This document shows positions 13,249 through 26,835 of a DNA stretch of 64,000 nt, piece by piece. Where the stretch lies: positions 33,914,001 through 33,978,000 of the forward strand of contig NC_043010.1 of NCBI RefSeq assembly GCF_006345805.1, given 5' to 3'. Under the pieces are notes generated by a model, which was not told the DNA's origin, did not search any database, and worked only from the letters and a program-made list of their open reading frames with translations. Every line of letters begins with the position of its first letter. The first letter of the stretch is position 1. The translations under genes were made by a program, and so were the position numbers. Source of the stretch: Octopus sinensis. Its lineage: Eukaryota.

Positions 13249-14288
13249 GTAAGACGTCATCATTATAATAATAATAATTATGTCTTGGTATAAAAGATGG
13301 GCTACAGGAAATATTCTGCTCAATACCACAGATTTGCTTGTCAGTTGTTTGACCTTAACCAGTTGAGCATGTCCCTTAGTGGCTGATGATATGTGCATCT
13401 CTGATCAGGAGCAGAAGTAGTGGGGGAGCATCATAGCCATGTGCTGAGAGGAATTCTTTGGGGTTTGAATAATTCACCCTTGGAAATATGAGTGTTTCGT
13501 TCAACATCCTTAAACAACCCTTATTCAGGGACCTTTTGAGCATGATGGGGCTAATCGACCTGAAGAAAATTCTAACTGGGCCCCACCACAAGGTCATGTG
13601 CTGTTTATCTTGATATGAAATCATGTCACGCACATATGATTGTGATGCATGTGCCTAGTACACCCTTATCAGACAGTCATGATGGGTTTGCTGGGCTTCG
13701 TATATTTTACCCCAGTGTCACTTTGATAGCATGCGCTGCTCTCTCACTCAATAATAATAATAATAATAATAATAATTATTATTATTATTAAAAGCAAGGT
13801 GCCATGTGAAAAGCATTGGTACTGGTGCCATGTTAAAAGCACTGCTGATGGCATCACATAAAAGACACTGCTGATTGTGCCATGTGAAATGCACTGCTGA
13901 CTGTGTCACATAAAGAGCACAGCTGGTGGTGCCATGTATAACAGCACCCAGTACACTCTGTAAAATGGTTGGCTTTAGGAAGAGCCAAAACTGACATTGG
14001 ATCCTGGTGTGGGCCCTGGCCTTGCCAGCTCCTGTCAAGCTGTCCAACCCATGCCAGCATGCAAAACAGATGTCAAATGATGATGATAATGAGGTGAGCT
14101 GGCAGAATTGTTAGCACACTAGACAATGCTAAGTGGCGTTTCATCCATCTTTACATTCTGACCTTAAATGCCACTGGCAATTATTGGACAATTAAATTTA
14201 AGATATTTAGTTATGGGTTCTCATTACAGCATTTACCAATTCAGTATTTTTTAAGAGATTGTTTTCACTTCTTTATTTCTTTTTTTAG

Positions 14289-14407
14289 GTTCCTTTAAAA
14301 TAAAACGTCCGAATCCAAAACGTAGCCGACCACCATCATCAACAGATGTGTTTGACGATAAAGATGATGAGCCCACAACAGAAACTTCAACAGCCGAGAA
14401 AATTACA
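14289..14407 (+). CDS. BRD8: BRD8 exon 8
   Basis: ttttttag|GT...ACA|gtaaat; SFKIKRPNPKRSRPPSSTDVFDDKDDEPTTETSTAEKIT. Confidence 0.83.
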
Positions 14408-16091
14408 GTAAATATAGTCTTATTAAAGTTCCTCATTTTTTGTTTTGTCTAGTCTTGCCTCAACATTCAAGGTCTTCTCTTATGAATGATTTAAATCCAC
14501 ACTTTTGTTACTGTGAAGACACATGACTTAGTGGTTAGGATGTTGGATTCATGATTGTAGGATTGTGGATTTGATTCCTGGACCAGGTTATGTGTTGTGT
14601 GTTCTTGAGCAAAACAATTCATTTCATATTGTTCCATTCCACTCAGCTGATAAAATTGAGTAATCCTGCGATGGACCGGTGTCCCATCCAAGTAGAAATG
14701 TATACGCCAGACAAACTGAGAAACTGGCCTTGTTCTCCTTAAAGGAATAATGTGGACAAACTCCCCACTCCCTTGTAAATTGAACAAAATATCCTTAAAT
14801 GGATGGGTCACTGAAGAAGTGGCAAGTTAGTAAGGTGAATCCTTTATACACACACACACACATACATATATATGTGTGTGTGTGTGTGTGTATTCCTTTA
14901 ATATTTAGACAGGCCATATCTGGCCAAAATATTCTGCTTATGTTCAAACTGGCCAGATCTGCCCTCTCACATCAACTCTGTATTATCATTCTAAAAATTA
15001 AGTTACCTCATCAAAATCTAGGCTGTAAGATAATGCAAGATTAATTCAAAATCATGAGAATAAATATGCATTACTTTAGACAGAATAATGCAAATGCTAA
15101 AAGGATATAAATATATATATCTTGAGGTTATTAAATGTAGCTAGAAATACCATGTAAAATCAGTAATACATAATACTCTACCCTAAAGTCCCTTTACCAT
15201 TAATATAAACTGACCAACTATGAAGGTTAGTTGAGCTTTTTGATTCTCCCTTCCCTCTATCTACTGCCTGTATGCTGTTTGCCGTCTCTCCCTTTTTTTT
15301 TTTTCAGTATGTTGCTTGCCACCAAATCATGCAATTCTCAAATTGCCCAACACACCTAACTGTGAATAGATACCATAGGATAGATAGATAGATACATAGA
15401 TACAACTGTCTGCTCAAAGAAAGAACAGCAAGGGCACTGCAGCAAAAAAAAAAAAAGAAAAAATAGTTTTTGTAGCTCTCAGTTCAACACCTCCTGTAAG
15501 GTCTTGGAGAAAACAAAGAGAAACCATTTCATTGTAACATTCCATAGAATTCACTTCACTGGAGTCATTATGTGAAGACTAGTTCTTGAGTCCTTGGATG
15601 CTTTAGCAGAGTTCATTCTGTTGCAATCATTCGGGTCAAGTCTCTGGTTTGAAGATATCTTTCCTTCTCTTGTTGTCCCTCCTGTTTAAGAATACTTTTC
15701 CTTCTCCTGTTGTCCTGCAGGCTTTCACATTGACATTGTTTGGACTGCGGGGACTGAGGCCCTATAAAAAAGTCATGGGTGCTTTGTGCTTCTTTTCCCT
15801 CTTGGCTAAGTGATAAAATAAAAATAGGGACTCGGCAAACAACACAATTACAGGACAAGCCAGTGAAGAAGCCCTTACGTTGTAGTCCAACCTGCAAGAA
15901 ATAGCAACCAAATCTCTCAAATCATCTAATGTAATCTTAGATATGTTATGTCTGCAAAAAAGACAAAATGGTCATGGTTGGAAACCTTTAATTATATGTC
16001 TGCATGATCAGAGCTGACTTAGGATTTAAAAAATCTTTAGTCAAGTGTTTCAAGTTTTATCTTAGTCTTTTTTCTAATTTTCTTTCTGCAG

Positions 16092-16811
16092 GAAGCTGAA
16101 GACTTTGAACCTAGACACATAACGCCACAGGTGACCGAGCAGCCTGAGTTGGTTAATACTACTACTACTAGTAGTAGCAGTAGCAGCAGCAATAGTAGTA
16201 GTAGTAGCAGCAGTAGTAGTAAAGTGGTGCAAACTCAGGCAGCTGGTACATCTGCGCCGGTAGTGTCACAGGGATCATCACAGCAGCAACAACAACAGCA
16301 GCAGCAGCAACAGTTGCACTTGAAACAGTTACAACATATTCAGATGCAACAGTTACAGCAGCTGCAACTACAACAACAGCAACAACAAAAACAACAGCAA
16401 CAGCAGCAGCAGCAACAACTGAAGCAGCGTCAATCACAGCAGTCACAACAATCACAACAACAGCAACTTCATACTTTGTCTCAACTGTCACAGCAACAAC
16501 AACAACAACAACAACAGCAGCAGCAGCAACAAGCACAGCAGCAACAACAACAAACTCAACCTCAACAACAACAACAACAGCAGCAGCAATCTGTACAACT
16601 ACAACAACAGTTGCAACAGCTACCACCACAACCACCTCCTCCTCCACCACCACAACAACAACAGCAACAACAACAACAACAGCAGCAGCAGCAGCAACTA
16701 CAGCAGCAACAGCAACAGAAAACCAAACCAACCCCACCGTCGTCTCCACTGCTCTCTTCCTTATTACAGAGTAAATTAAAAAGTGCTGACAGCCTCCAGC
16801 AACTGAAGAAG
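16092..16811 (+). CDS. BRD8: BRD8 exon 9 (720 nt; polyS, polyQ, polyP)
   Basis: ctgcag|GAAGCT...AAGAAG|gttcgt; open frame, phase 0-0; about 100 Gln from mixed CAA/CAG; ends with PLLSSLL (LxxLL). Confidence 0.85.
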
Positions 16812-18615
16812 GTTCGTCCTTTTCCGGTTTTTGAACCCTTTTTTGCAACCATATTTCTGTTGAGATACACTGCCTTTGTTGCAATTAACTGAAAATAATC
16901 AAGATTTAATTAAATAACTTTGTCGTTATTAAGCTGGTGTAAGGTGGTGAGCTGGCAGAATCGTTAGCACGCTGGGGGAAATGTTTAGCAGCATTTTGTC
17001 TGTCTTTATGTTCTGAATTCAAATTCCGCTGAGGTCAACTTTGCTTTTCATCTTTTTGGGATCAATGAAATTAGTGTTAGTTGAGCACTGGGGGTCGATG
17101 TAATTAATTTATCCCCTCCTCCAGACTTGCTGGCATTGTGCCAAAATTTGAAACTATTATTATTATTATTAATAAAGCAGCAAGTTGGCAGAATCATTAA
17201 CTCACCAGGAAAAATGCTTGGCAGCATTTTATTCATCTTTATGTTCTGAGTTCAAATTCTACCAGGAGTCATCTTTACCTCTCATTTTTTCGGGGTCGAT
17301 AAAATAAGTACCAGTTGAACACTGGACACTGAACCTTTCAGGCAAGATGACAAAGGACCAAGATGTCTGGCATCTTGCTGTACTGAAGAAGACCCATGCT
17401 CTGCATCAGAAGTGTTAAGATTGGTGCCTCTAGTGGTGTAAAGTGCTTGTGACAGTGCCATGTAAAGCACCCGTGCGTTGCCATGTAAAAGCACCCATAT
17501 GGTGCCATGTAATAGTACCTGTGTGGTACCATGTAAAAGCACCCAGCACACTCTGTAAAGTGTTTGGCATTAGGAGGGGCATCCAGCCACAGAAACCATG
17601 CCAGATCAGACAGGAGTCTGGTGCAGCTTGCTGGCTCTAGTCAAACTGTTCAACCCACATCAGTTTGGACAACAGATGTTAAGTGATGATGATGGTGATG
17701 ATAAGTTGATAGAGATCTACCAGTGTACTCAATGTGGGATACTATCAGTAAAAACAACTGTTAGTATCTCCACTTGATGGTAGATTTATGGATGGACGTA
17801 TTCATTAGAACATTGATTGTAACTAAATACTACTATGTAGTGATTAATCGCAGCCCTTTATGTTGGGTGTTGTTCAAACTCCAATGAACTTGACTTTGCT
17901 ATTTATCTCTCTCTGGGTCTGGACAATTACTAAACAATGTATACCTATGAAAGCCTACAGGCACCACATCTAAAAAGATAAGCACCCATTGACACTGTGT
18001 TGTTCAGATAGAAAAAAAGATGCTAATTAAGATGCAGTTACATGTTAGTTAATAAGCATGGCTGGTTATGAGGAAATCACGCTAGTGTTTTCTTCTGCTG
18101 TAATACCACTTGAAATGTAAGGATGCAATGTGCAAAAGTAGACATAACTGCTATATATACATATGTACACATGTATTGTTTCTATATTAACTACAAGCTG
18201 TTAATGTAACTAATAATTTTAACATAGCTCCTCTTTATCTATCCATCCATTCATCCATATTTACATATATGCATGACCGCTAAATCTACAGGGTTTTTTT
18301 TTTCATTCTCTGTCTGTTTATTTTCTCTTCTTTTCTGTTGAAGAGCGTAGGCTCGAAACGTAAAAGAACTTTTCATTTCCCCAAGTATCAAACTAATACA
18401 CCTGCTTCTTGTTCATACACCGTTTTCATCTTTTGTTTTTACACACACACACACTCTATTTTGTTGTATAGTGTTGTACATCAAATAATGTGTTTATTTA
18501 TACAGCCATACCCATATATATCACAGCGTTATATTTTTTTATTTTTATGAATATTGACAGAACACCACCACCATCACCACCACAAGTAATAACAATATTA
18601 ACAATTCTCTTTTAG

Positions 18616-19045
18616 GAAGCTGAACAGGAACACTCTGCTTTCCAGGCACTTCAACATTTGCAAGTTCCGGTCACACATTCTCTTCAATTGCCACTTTCCA
18701 CTTCATCAGCGCTGACCGCAGTGGAATTACCAATTAATGTGACAACCAGCTCATCGAGCCTGAACGTATCCATTTCCAGTAAGCCAGTCTCCTCAAACAG
18801 TAACCACAGTTCACCTGTCACCACTCCACTGCCAGCTATTGCAACCCTCAGCACGTCTCAGCTATCAACTCTCTCTTCTTCCACTGCCAGCACTGTCACT
18901 TCTACACAACAACTGCCACCAATGACTGTCCTGGCAGCTTCAAAAGTCCTATCTTCAGCCACTCCCACAGTTCTTGGTGCACTCTCAGGTGACCTGCCTA
19001 CAGTAATGAACAGGGTCTCTGTTGATAATACGTCCCCCTCTACCT
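18616..19045 (+). CDS. BRD8: BRD8 exon 10 (S/T-rich)
   Basis: tttag|GAAGCT...ACCT|gtaagt; open frame, in frame with ORF 18658-19155. Confidence 0.83.
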
Positions 19046-19526
19046 GTAAGTTTCACCTTCAGATTTACAGCTTTTATAAATGCCATAAATTCTTTTGTAA
19101 GGAGCAAGAAAGGCTGTCTTTATTTTTGTTCTATTCTTCATTTAGCTATAAATAAAAAATATATAATTAAATTATTTAAGATCGTTACATCTTCAGCAAA
19201 TAGAATTCCACCCTTCCCACCCATCCCCCTTTTCTCTTGCATGTGTCTGCTCTTCCTTTAAATTTCAGTTTCTCATTATTTGCACTGATGTTGTCAAAAA
19301 TGATTTGTCATGATTTTGATATGAAGCTATTTGATATGTCACATATCTGGATGCAGGCATGGCTCCGTGGTAAAGCAGTTCATTTCAAAACCACACGATT
19401 CCGAGTTCAATCCCACTACAGGCACATCAGGCAAATGCCTTCCGTCAGAGCCTTAGATTGAACAGTGCCTTGTGAGTGAAATTTGATGAACAGAGACTAT
19501 AGTAGCCTGCCATTTATTTTTGTGTG

Positions 19527-19558
<32 letters not shown>

Positions 19559-22500
19559 TATTAGTGGTGTTTGCTGCATGAATGCAAAGCATGCAAAGCA
19601 TGCCTATAATAATAGATAAATGAATGCAAATAACAAGCCTGATTTTGATATAAATCTTTTATTTTTAAAAGAAACAACTTGAATAGAGGGTAAATATATT
19701 CTAAATGTACCCTGTTTCAAATGTATGGCTTTGATTTTTAAAATTGCATGCTCTGGCTCAAGTATCAGCAGTCACCCCCTAACATATCAGCAACAGATAT
19801 ATATATATATATATATATCTTTTACTGATGAATATTAGCAAAAGATGCAAAACATCACCAAGAAAATTTGTAAACCAGTATTCTTTGGAACTAAAATACC
19901 TTGCGGCATCTCTTCCACCCAGGTTATGCATGCATGCACTCACTCACTCACTCCTTTGCCATTTCCTCCTTCATAAATGTCAGAAGCAAATGATTGTCCC
20001 TCTAGAAACCTGTAGCTAGTGGCACTATTGTTCACAAAATGCTATATAAAATAAATGGATTTGCTCTAAATTAAGCAATGTCAGGACTTGGTAAGTTAAG
20101 CTGTCTTCTGTCTGTTACTTGTTTTAGTCATTAGACTCCAGCCATATTAGGACACTGCCTTGAAGGCTTTTTAGTCAATTGAATTGACCCCCCAGGACTT
20201 ATTTTTTAAAACCTTGTACTTATTCTATTGATATCTTTTGCTAAACCGTTAAGTTACTGGGATTTAAACACACCAACATTGGTTGTCAGTGATGGGGGAA
20301 TAAACACAGATGCAAAGACATGCACACATAGATACATACATACACATGTACATATATATATGTATGAGACTTCTTTCAATTTCCATCTACCAAATCCATT
20401 TACAAGGTTTTGGTCAGTCTGTGACTTTAGTAGAAGACACTTGCCCAAGGTGGCACAAATTAGGGCTGAACCTGAAACCATGTGGTTGGGAAGCAAATTC
20501 CTAACACAAAGTCATGCCTGCACCCTGTATTTAGCCTTGCTGTAGAGAGATTTTAAATTAAGACTAATATTATTAACAAAGTCTATATAGGAGGCAAATG
20601 AGTTCTTTTGGTGATGTGGGGATTTAATCCAAACATGTGTAGCAGACTATGTACATATGACTAAGTTTAATCTTAGGTTAGGTTTGAACAAGCAAACTTG
20701 GGATCACAAGCATTCCAACCTTTGCCATACTGCCCCCACCTTTTTTTTTTTTGACAATAAGGTAAGAAAGTAGCCTCTATGCTGTCTGTTGACTAGAGTG
20801 AGCTGTCATATCACGTTCAAAAGGCAAGCTTAACATTTCACTAGCTGGTCCTTGAAAGCTTTTAGTGAAGTGTGCTTTGTTGTAAACATTTGGATGCAAC
20901 CCTATGCTTCTCTTTCCAATCACATTATTGCTGCAGATATTGACCTATAAATGTTATGAGATTGGACCTCAGTTGCATTTAACAGGTCTGAGAGGGCCTG
21001 CAAAATATTTTTTTTTAAATCATACCCTAGCATCTTAAAAAAATAGGGCATGCTGGAAATATAATGTAGTCCTAGATACATTATGTTTGAAAAGAAACAC
21101 AAGGCAGCCATAACTGAAATGCCTTTGATCATAGATCTGCTTGATCAGGACTGATCTGGGGATTAACCAGTATCGAGATGCATAGACATGGTTGTGTAAT
21201 TAAGAAGCTCCCTTTGCAACCATGAGGCTTCGGGTTCAGTCCCACTGCACTGTCCTTGGGCAAGTGTCTTCTACTATAGTACTGGGTCAATCAATACTTT
21301 ATGAGTGAATTTGGTAGGTGGAAACGGTGTGGAAGCCTAGCATGTGTTTGTGTATGTGTCCTGCTTGGCAACTAGTGTTGGTTTGTTTATGCTTTGTAAT
21401 TTAGCAGTTTGGTAAAAGACCAATAGAATATGTACTAGAATCAATTTGTTCAATTAAACATTTAAGCTAGTGCCCCAGGATGGCCACAATCCAATGACTG
21501 AAACAAGTAAAATGACCCAGTAATATAAACAGATATACTGATGAGTTAGTATATGATGTGATATGATTGTCAGAGCAGTTTACCAAGAATTTTCATTAGA
21601 CAAAAATTTTACAAGAAATTTTTGACTTAGATTATTATTATTACCTGTTTAATTAAGGTGGTGGGTTGGCAGAAATGTTAGCACACCAGGCAAAATGTTT
21701 AGTGGCATTTTGTTTGTCTTCATGTTCTGAGTTCAAATTCTGCCACGGTCAACTTTGCTTTACATTCTTTTGGGGTCAATAAAATAAATACCAGATGGTC
21801 ACTGTTGTCGAAACCATTATTATCAGTTTAACTGAATCTCTAACTACTAAGTTTATGAATAAAACCCTACATTTCTGTACAGCTAAATTTCTAACTACTT
21901 ACTGTGTTTATAAGTAAACCATATAGTTGTTTTGCCATTGTTTTAACATTCACTTTTCCAGAGTTTATTGAAACACCTTTTCTATGATTAGATACCCTAC
22001 CTGCCACCAACAAGTTTCCAAGCAGTGTTGTATTTGCCCATTGCCTGACATGCTTCCATGGAATATTGGATAGAGTCTGGCCTCTCTCCCTTGACCTGTT
22101 CAGTGTAGGAAACCCCACCAGAATCTTGTGCTTTGCTGGCATAGCATTCAGGCAGACATACAAGCCACTCACCTGCAACAAGAACTGGACCTTGTAGTCA
22201 TCATCATCATTTAATGTCCATTTTCCATGCTGGTATGGGTTAGACGGTTTGACTGGGACTGCTCAGCTGGAGAGCTGCATGAGGCTCCAGTCTATTTTGG
22301 CTTGGTTTCTACGACTGGATGCCCTTCTTAATGCAGAGTGTACTGGGTGCCTGCCTATGTGGTGCTACATAAAAGCACCTGTGCAATGCCATATAAAAGT
22401 ACCCGTGTAGTGTAAAGTGGTTGCTTTTAGGAAGGGCATCCAACTGTAGAAACCATGCCAAATTAGACTAGAGTCTGGTGCAGCTTGCCAGCTCTGGTCA

Positions 22501-22923
22501 AACCATCCAACCTATGCCAGCATGGACAACAGATGTTAAATGATCATAATGATGGTACTGGTGCCTTTTACATGTCGCCAGCACAAGTTTCTCTTATGCA
22601 TCACTGGCATGGGTGCTTCTTATATGTCAACACTGGCAGTGACCACAATTCACTTAGCTTAGCATGTCTTCTCAAGCACAGCAAATTGCCAGAAGTCTTA
22701 GTCACTTGACATTTCCTCCAATCAGCCTGGCATTTATTCTTGAGCCTGTTCAGGAAGTAATATACTGCTTTACATTTATTTGTGTTTATCATTTAAAGTA
22801 AAGTACTGAACAAGTTATCAATTGCACTTTTCCTCAAAGTGTACGACCTTGTATCTGAGTTAGAAATTATCAGTATTGTTGTTGTTGTTATTGTTATTGT
22901 TCTGTTTCTTTTGTTGATACCAG

Positions 22924-23124
22924 CTGCTCCTACATTATCAAAACTACTTGGCACACCTAACCAAACCAAAATACACCCTCTGGGCCTGGATTCTTCGCCG
23001 GGCCCTGCAGTCAGCCAAAGTTTAGAAAAAAAGGAAGTTGAAATTGAAGATCCGCTAGCTGTGAAGGAAGAATCCATTGAAAGTACAACTACTCAGGCCA
23101 CTGATCCTCAATCGGTGACGCAAG
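22924..23124 (+). CDS. BRD8: BRD8 exon 11
   Basis: accag|CT...CAAG|gtaacg; APTLSKLL matches the BRD8 PTLSRLL LxxLL box. Confidence 0.88.
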
Positions 23125-24015
23125 GTAACGGCAAATTTTTTGTTACACAGCATGAATGGACAAAAATAAAAGGTGGGCTGAGTGTCATTGCTTTTGTGTT
23201 ATGTTTTGTTTTTCTATTGGTGCATGCATGGCTGTGTGGTTAAGAATCTTACTTTTTGCAACCATGTAGTTCCAGGTTCAGTCCCACCGCATGGCACCTT
23301 GGGCAACTATCTTCTACTATAGCCCTAGGCTGACCAATGTTTTGTGAGTAAATTCAGTAGATGGGACCTGTGCACTGTTCCCCTCCCCCACCATCACCAC
23401 TCAATAACTGGTGTTTGTTTATATCTCCTTATGTTAGCAGTTCAACAAAAAAAGCTGATAGAATAAATATGAGGGGCAGTTTGTTCAACTAAAATCCTTC
23501 AAGTAAAAGATAAAAGGAATTGGTGGGGTTGGTATTTTGCGTTTTGTTGCAGTGTTTTGATAGTTTTGTTTATAACTGTTGGATATTTGTGAACCAGACA
23601 GAAATAAGCTATGTGCTTGGGAACCCTTGATGCAATGCACTACTGGTAGCGGCTGCTGCTGCTGCTGCTGGATGCCCTTTTTGACACCAACTACTTTTCA
23701 GTGTACTCTGGGTGCTTCTTTCATGCTACCTGTGCTAGTGAGATTGCAATGCAGCTTGCAAGACTACAGACGTCTAGTGGGGATGGATAACTTTACATTT
23801 GGAGAGTAAGGAGTAGAGAAGGGCTAAGTATTAGTGGGGGAAAAGGGTCAAAGCAGAACAGGTTTCGTGCTGAAGAGGAGCTACATGAATACTCACATTT
23901 TAGAAGAAAGGGTTGGTGGGAAGCTGGAGTTTGATGACAAGGTGTAAGAGTGGACCTTTAAGGTGCAAATGAGTTTTCTGTTTCAGTTTTTAAAATCTAT
24001 TTATTTTGCTTTTAG

Positions 24016-24320
24016 AAACTATTGAAGAGAAGATCCCAGCCCCAAACATCCAAGATGAGGACACATCATCGCTAGATTCACAAGCTAAAGAACCTGTGAC
24101 TGTTGAGGATGTTAAACCAAAGGTGACGTTACACACTGCAACGAATGTTGACCTAGATGAGGAGGAAACGCAACAGGTTCCGGCTTTGTCACCAAAGACA
24201 GAAGGAGAAGACACTCACGGAGTTGCCACAACATTTGCCGAAACTGTGTCCTTGGAGTCGCTGCATAAATCAGAAACCCCAACTTCAACATTGACGACTC
24301 AAACTCAGCTTAAGATGGAT
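24016..24320 (+). CDS. BRD8: BRD8 exon 12 (acidic)
   Basis: tttag|AA...GAT|gtaagg; TIEEKIPAPNIQDED...QLKMD. Confidence 0.85.
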
Positions 24321-25186
24321 GTAAGGGTGACTTTTGCTCACAGCTAAATTATTTTCACATATTAGGAGGACTATTGTGTGTTGGACTATTAGTTGAAATG
24401 TTAATTTGCATGTATTTTTTCACAGAGTTAACCCTTTAACATTTAAACTAGCCATATCTGCACTAGCATAGCTAGGGTGTGTGCTGCCCGGGACGACCCT
24501 TCAGTTTGCCACGCCCGGGCTCCCACAAAAAGTTACATATTGCCTACAGCAGACCCAAAAGTGGTGCCTCCTGGGATGAACCATACTATCTTTTACATGG
24601 ACATAATGTATTTAGGACTGCATTTTACAATGTGTTGTTACATTTTTAAGGAGGTAGGCTGTGATTTCTAGAGAGTCAAGTGACCACATAGAGAGTTGCT
24701 CTTTCATTGGATTGTGCACTCCTGTTTGTAGGAAGGTGTACCACTTGTTTATTTGAGAGATTGCTCTCTTATTTTCTCAGGACAAAACGTATAAGCCAAA
24801 TGATCAGTCTTCAACTACCAGGAGCTATAGGATCAGATGCTTTTAGGGACCATGTTGCTTTAGTCATTCAGATGTTTCCATTTGGAGTAAGGCAGCTTGC
24901 TGCCTTATCATCCAGTTTAATATTACCTCCTGACACATAGATACCTTTAGTGAAGGCCCTCTGTTGCATGCATTTGTGCCAGGTTTCAGGTCTGAGGATA
25001 AACTTCCTCTCTCCACTCTTGGAGGTCTTGAGAAGGGTCGTGAACTCTGCCTTTCCTCTCCTCACAAAACTATAAAAATAATATCATCATCATTTAACGT
25101 CAGTTTTCTATGCTGGTATGGATTGGATGGTTTCATAGAATTCAGTGAGCCACAAGTGCATCATGCTCCACATCAGCTTTGGCATG

Positions 25187-25222
<36 letters not shown>

Positions 25223-25224
<2 letters not shown>

Positions 25225-25626
25225 CGCAGGAGTGGCTGTGTGGTAAGTAGCTTGCTTACCAACCACATGGCACCGGGTTCAGTCCCATTGCGTGGCACCT
25301 TGGGGAAGTGTTTTCTACTATAGCCTCGGGCCGACCAAAGCCTTGTGAGTGGATTTGGTAGACGGAAACTGAAACAAGCCCATCGTATATATGTATATAT
25401 ATATATGTGTGTTTGTGTGTCTGTGTTTGTCCCCCTAGCATTGCTTGACAACCGATGCTGGTGTGTTTATGTCCCCGTCACTTAGCGGTTCGGCAAAAGG
25501 GACCGATAGAATAAGTACTGGGCTTACAAAGAATAAGTCCCGGGGTCGAGTTGCTCGACTAAAGGCGGTGCTCCAGCATGGCCGCAGTCAAATGACTGAA
25601 ACAAATAAAAGAAAAGAGAAAAAGAG
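25223..25626 (+). mobile_element. tRNA-derived SINE family A, near-intact copy
   Basis: GGCGCAGGAGTGGCTGTGTGGTAAG A-box-like head, GGTTCAGTCCC B-box-like, internal (TA)n/(TG)n, AAAAGA-type tail. Other copies: 6177-6578(+), 7290-7694(-), 20134-20520(-), 21181-21512(+), about 23230-23520(+), 61626-62064(-). Confidence 0.9.
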
Positions 25627-25800
25627 TAATATATTTATTATGTATTAAATGTCATGATGATATATATATTGTCTACATTGAACAGAAACTAAAGTAAGAG
25701 GTGAGGATTAGAGGGTCCCTGTTCTGTTGCTATAGCAACTTTGTCATTTTTGTCTTTGCATGTTTAATGTTCTTTTCTCTTATCTACCCCTTTTCTACAG

Positions 25801-26005
25801 GAAACCAGCAAAGACAGCAGTGATGATCAACCTATTACTGAAACAGAAGGTGTCGATTCACCTGCCATCAACTCCAAGTTCATCAGTGTCGACGAGGAAA
25901 TCTCCATATCTATGAAAGATGAACCACCTTCCCCCTCCAGTAGTGTTTCTTCCAAATTGAGTGAACCTACCTCGAGTGCTGGCCGCCCAAGGGGTCGTGG
26001 AAGAG
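25801..26005 (+). CDS. BRD8: BRD8 exon 13
   Basis: ctacag|GAA...AGAG|gtcagt; ETSKDSSDD...MKDEPPSPSSSV...GRPRGRGR. Confidence 0.88.
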
Positions 26006-26785
26006 GTCAGTTCTTCATATTTAAAAAAAATATTTTATTTTGTTTTTTGTTTCTCTTTTTATGTACTGTGTTTATGAAAGATCTGTTACCCTGAATATGT
26101 TATGATGTTTAGTTTTGATGAAAACTTCATGTCTGTCCTGTTTGACCTGTGTGGTTAAGAAACTTGCTTCTTAACCATATGGTCTTGGGTATGTCTTTGT
26201 CTCCCACCACCACTTAACTGGTGTTTGTGTGTTTTCATCCCCATGACTTAGCAGTTTGGCTAAAAAGACTCATAGAATAAATACCTGGCTTTACCAAAAA
26301 ATAACAAATACTCGGGTGAATTTGTTCGACTATAGTTCTTCAAGGCAGTGCCCCAGCATGGCCACAGTCTAATGACTGGAGAACGTAAAAGATAAAAGAT
26401 ATCTTTCTGTGGCCAGAAAAAGTTTGGATTTGTTCTTAACACAAACCAGGACTTAACTGAAATGGCCAGTCTAATTTGTATAATTCCAAATTATCCAACG
26501 AATACTGCATCCTTTTGTTTCCAATGTTTTGAGAAAACCTTCTCTGGCCTCGGGGAAATATTGCCTTGCTTGGAGACAAATAACAGTTGGCAACAGGAAG
26601 ATTATCCAGCTGTAGATAAATTGCTTCAGTGAGTTCTGTCTGACCCATACAAGGAAGGAAAAATGGGTGTTAAAATGGTGTTGACGATGATAATGATGAA
26701 AAAAATTATTGTGATTTTTTCACTGAAAAATTGTATTTTCCATTGTTCTTTTTAATGCTAATTTTTCTTCTTAATATATTTTCAG

Positions 26786-26835
26786 GCAGAAAAAAGGGGG
26801 GAATAAACAGACGAAATGTCAAGAGGCAAATAATT
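26786..26835 (+). CDS. BRD8: BRD8 exon 14
   Basis: ttcag|GC...ATT|gtgagt; RKKGGINRRNVKRQII. Confidence 0.82.

Noticed and set aside
16168-16884. Minus-strand ORFs of 238 aa (poly-V/A) and 102 aa (poly-C)
   Set aside because: Antisense shadows of the CAA/CAG polyQ exon; no independent coding evidence
25223-25300. SINE heads as tRNA genes
   Set aside because: Only A/B-box similarity, no cloverleaf; they continue into SINE body and tail
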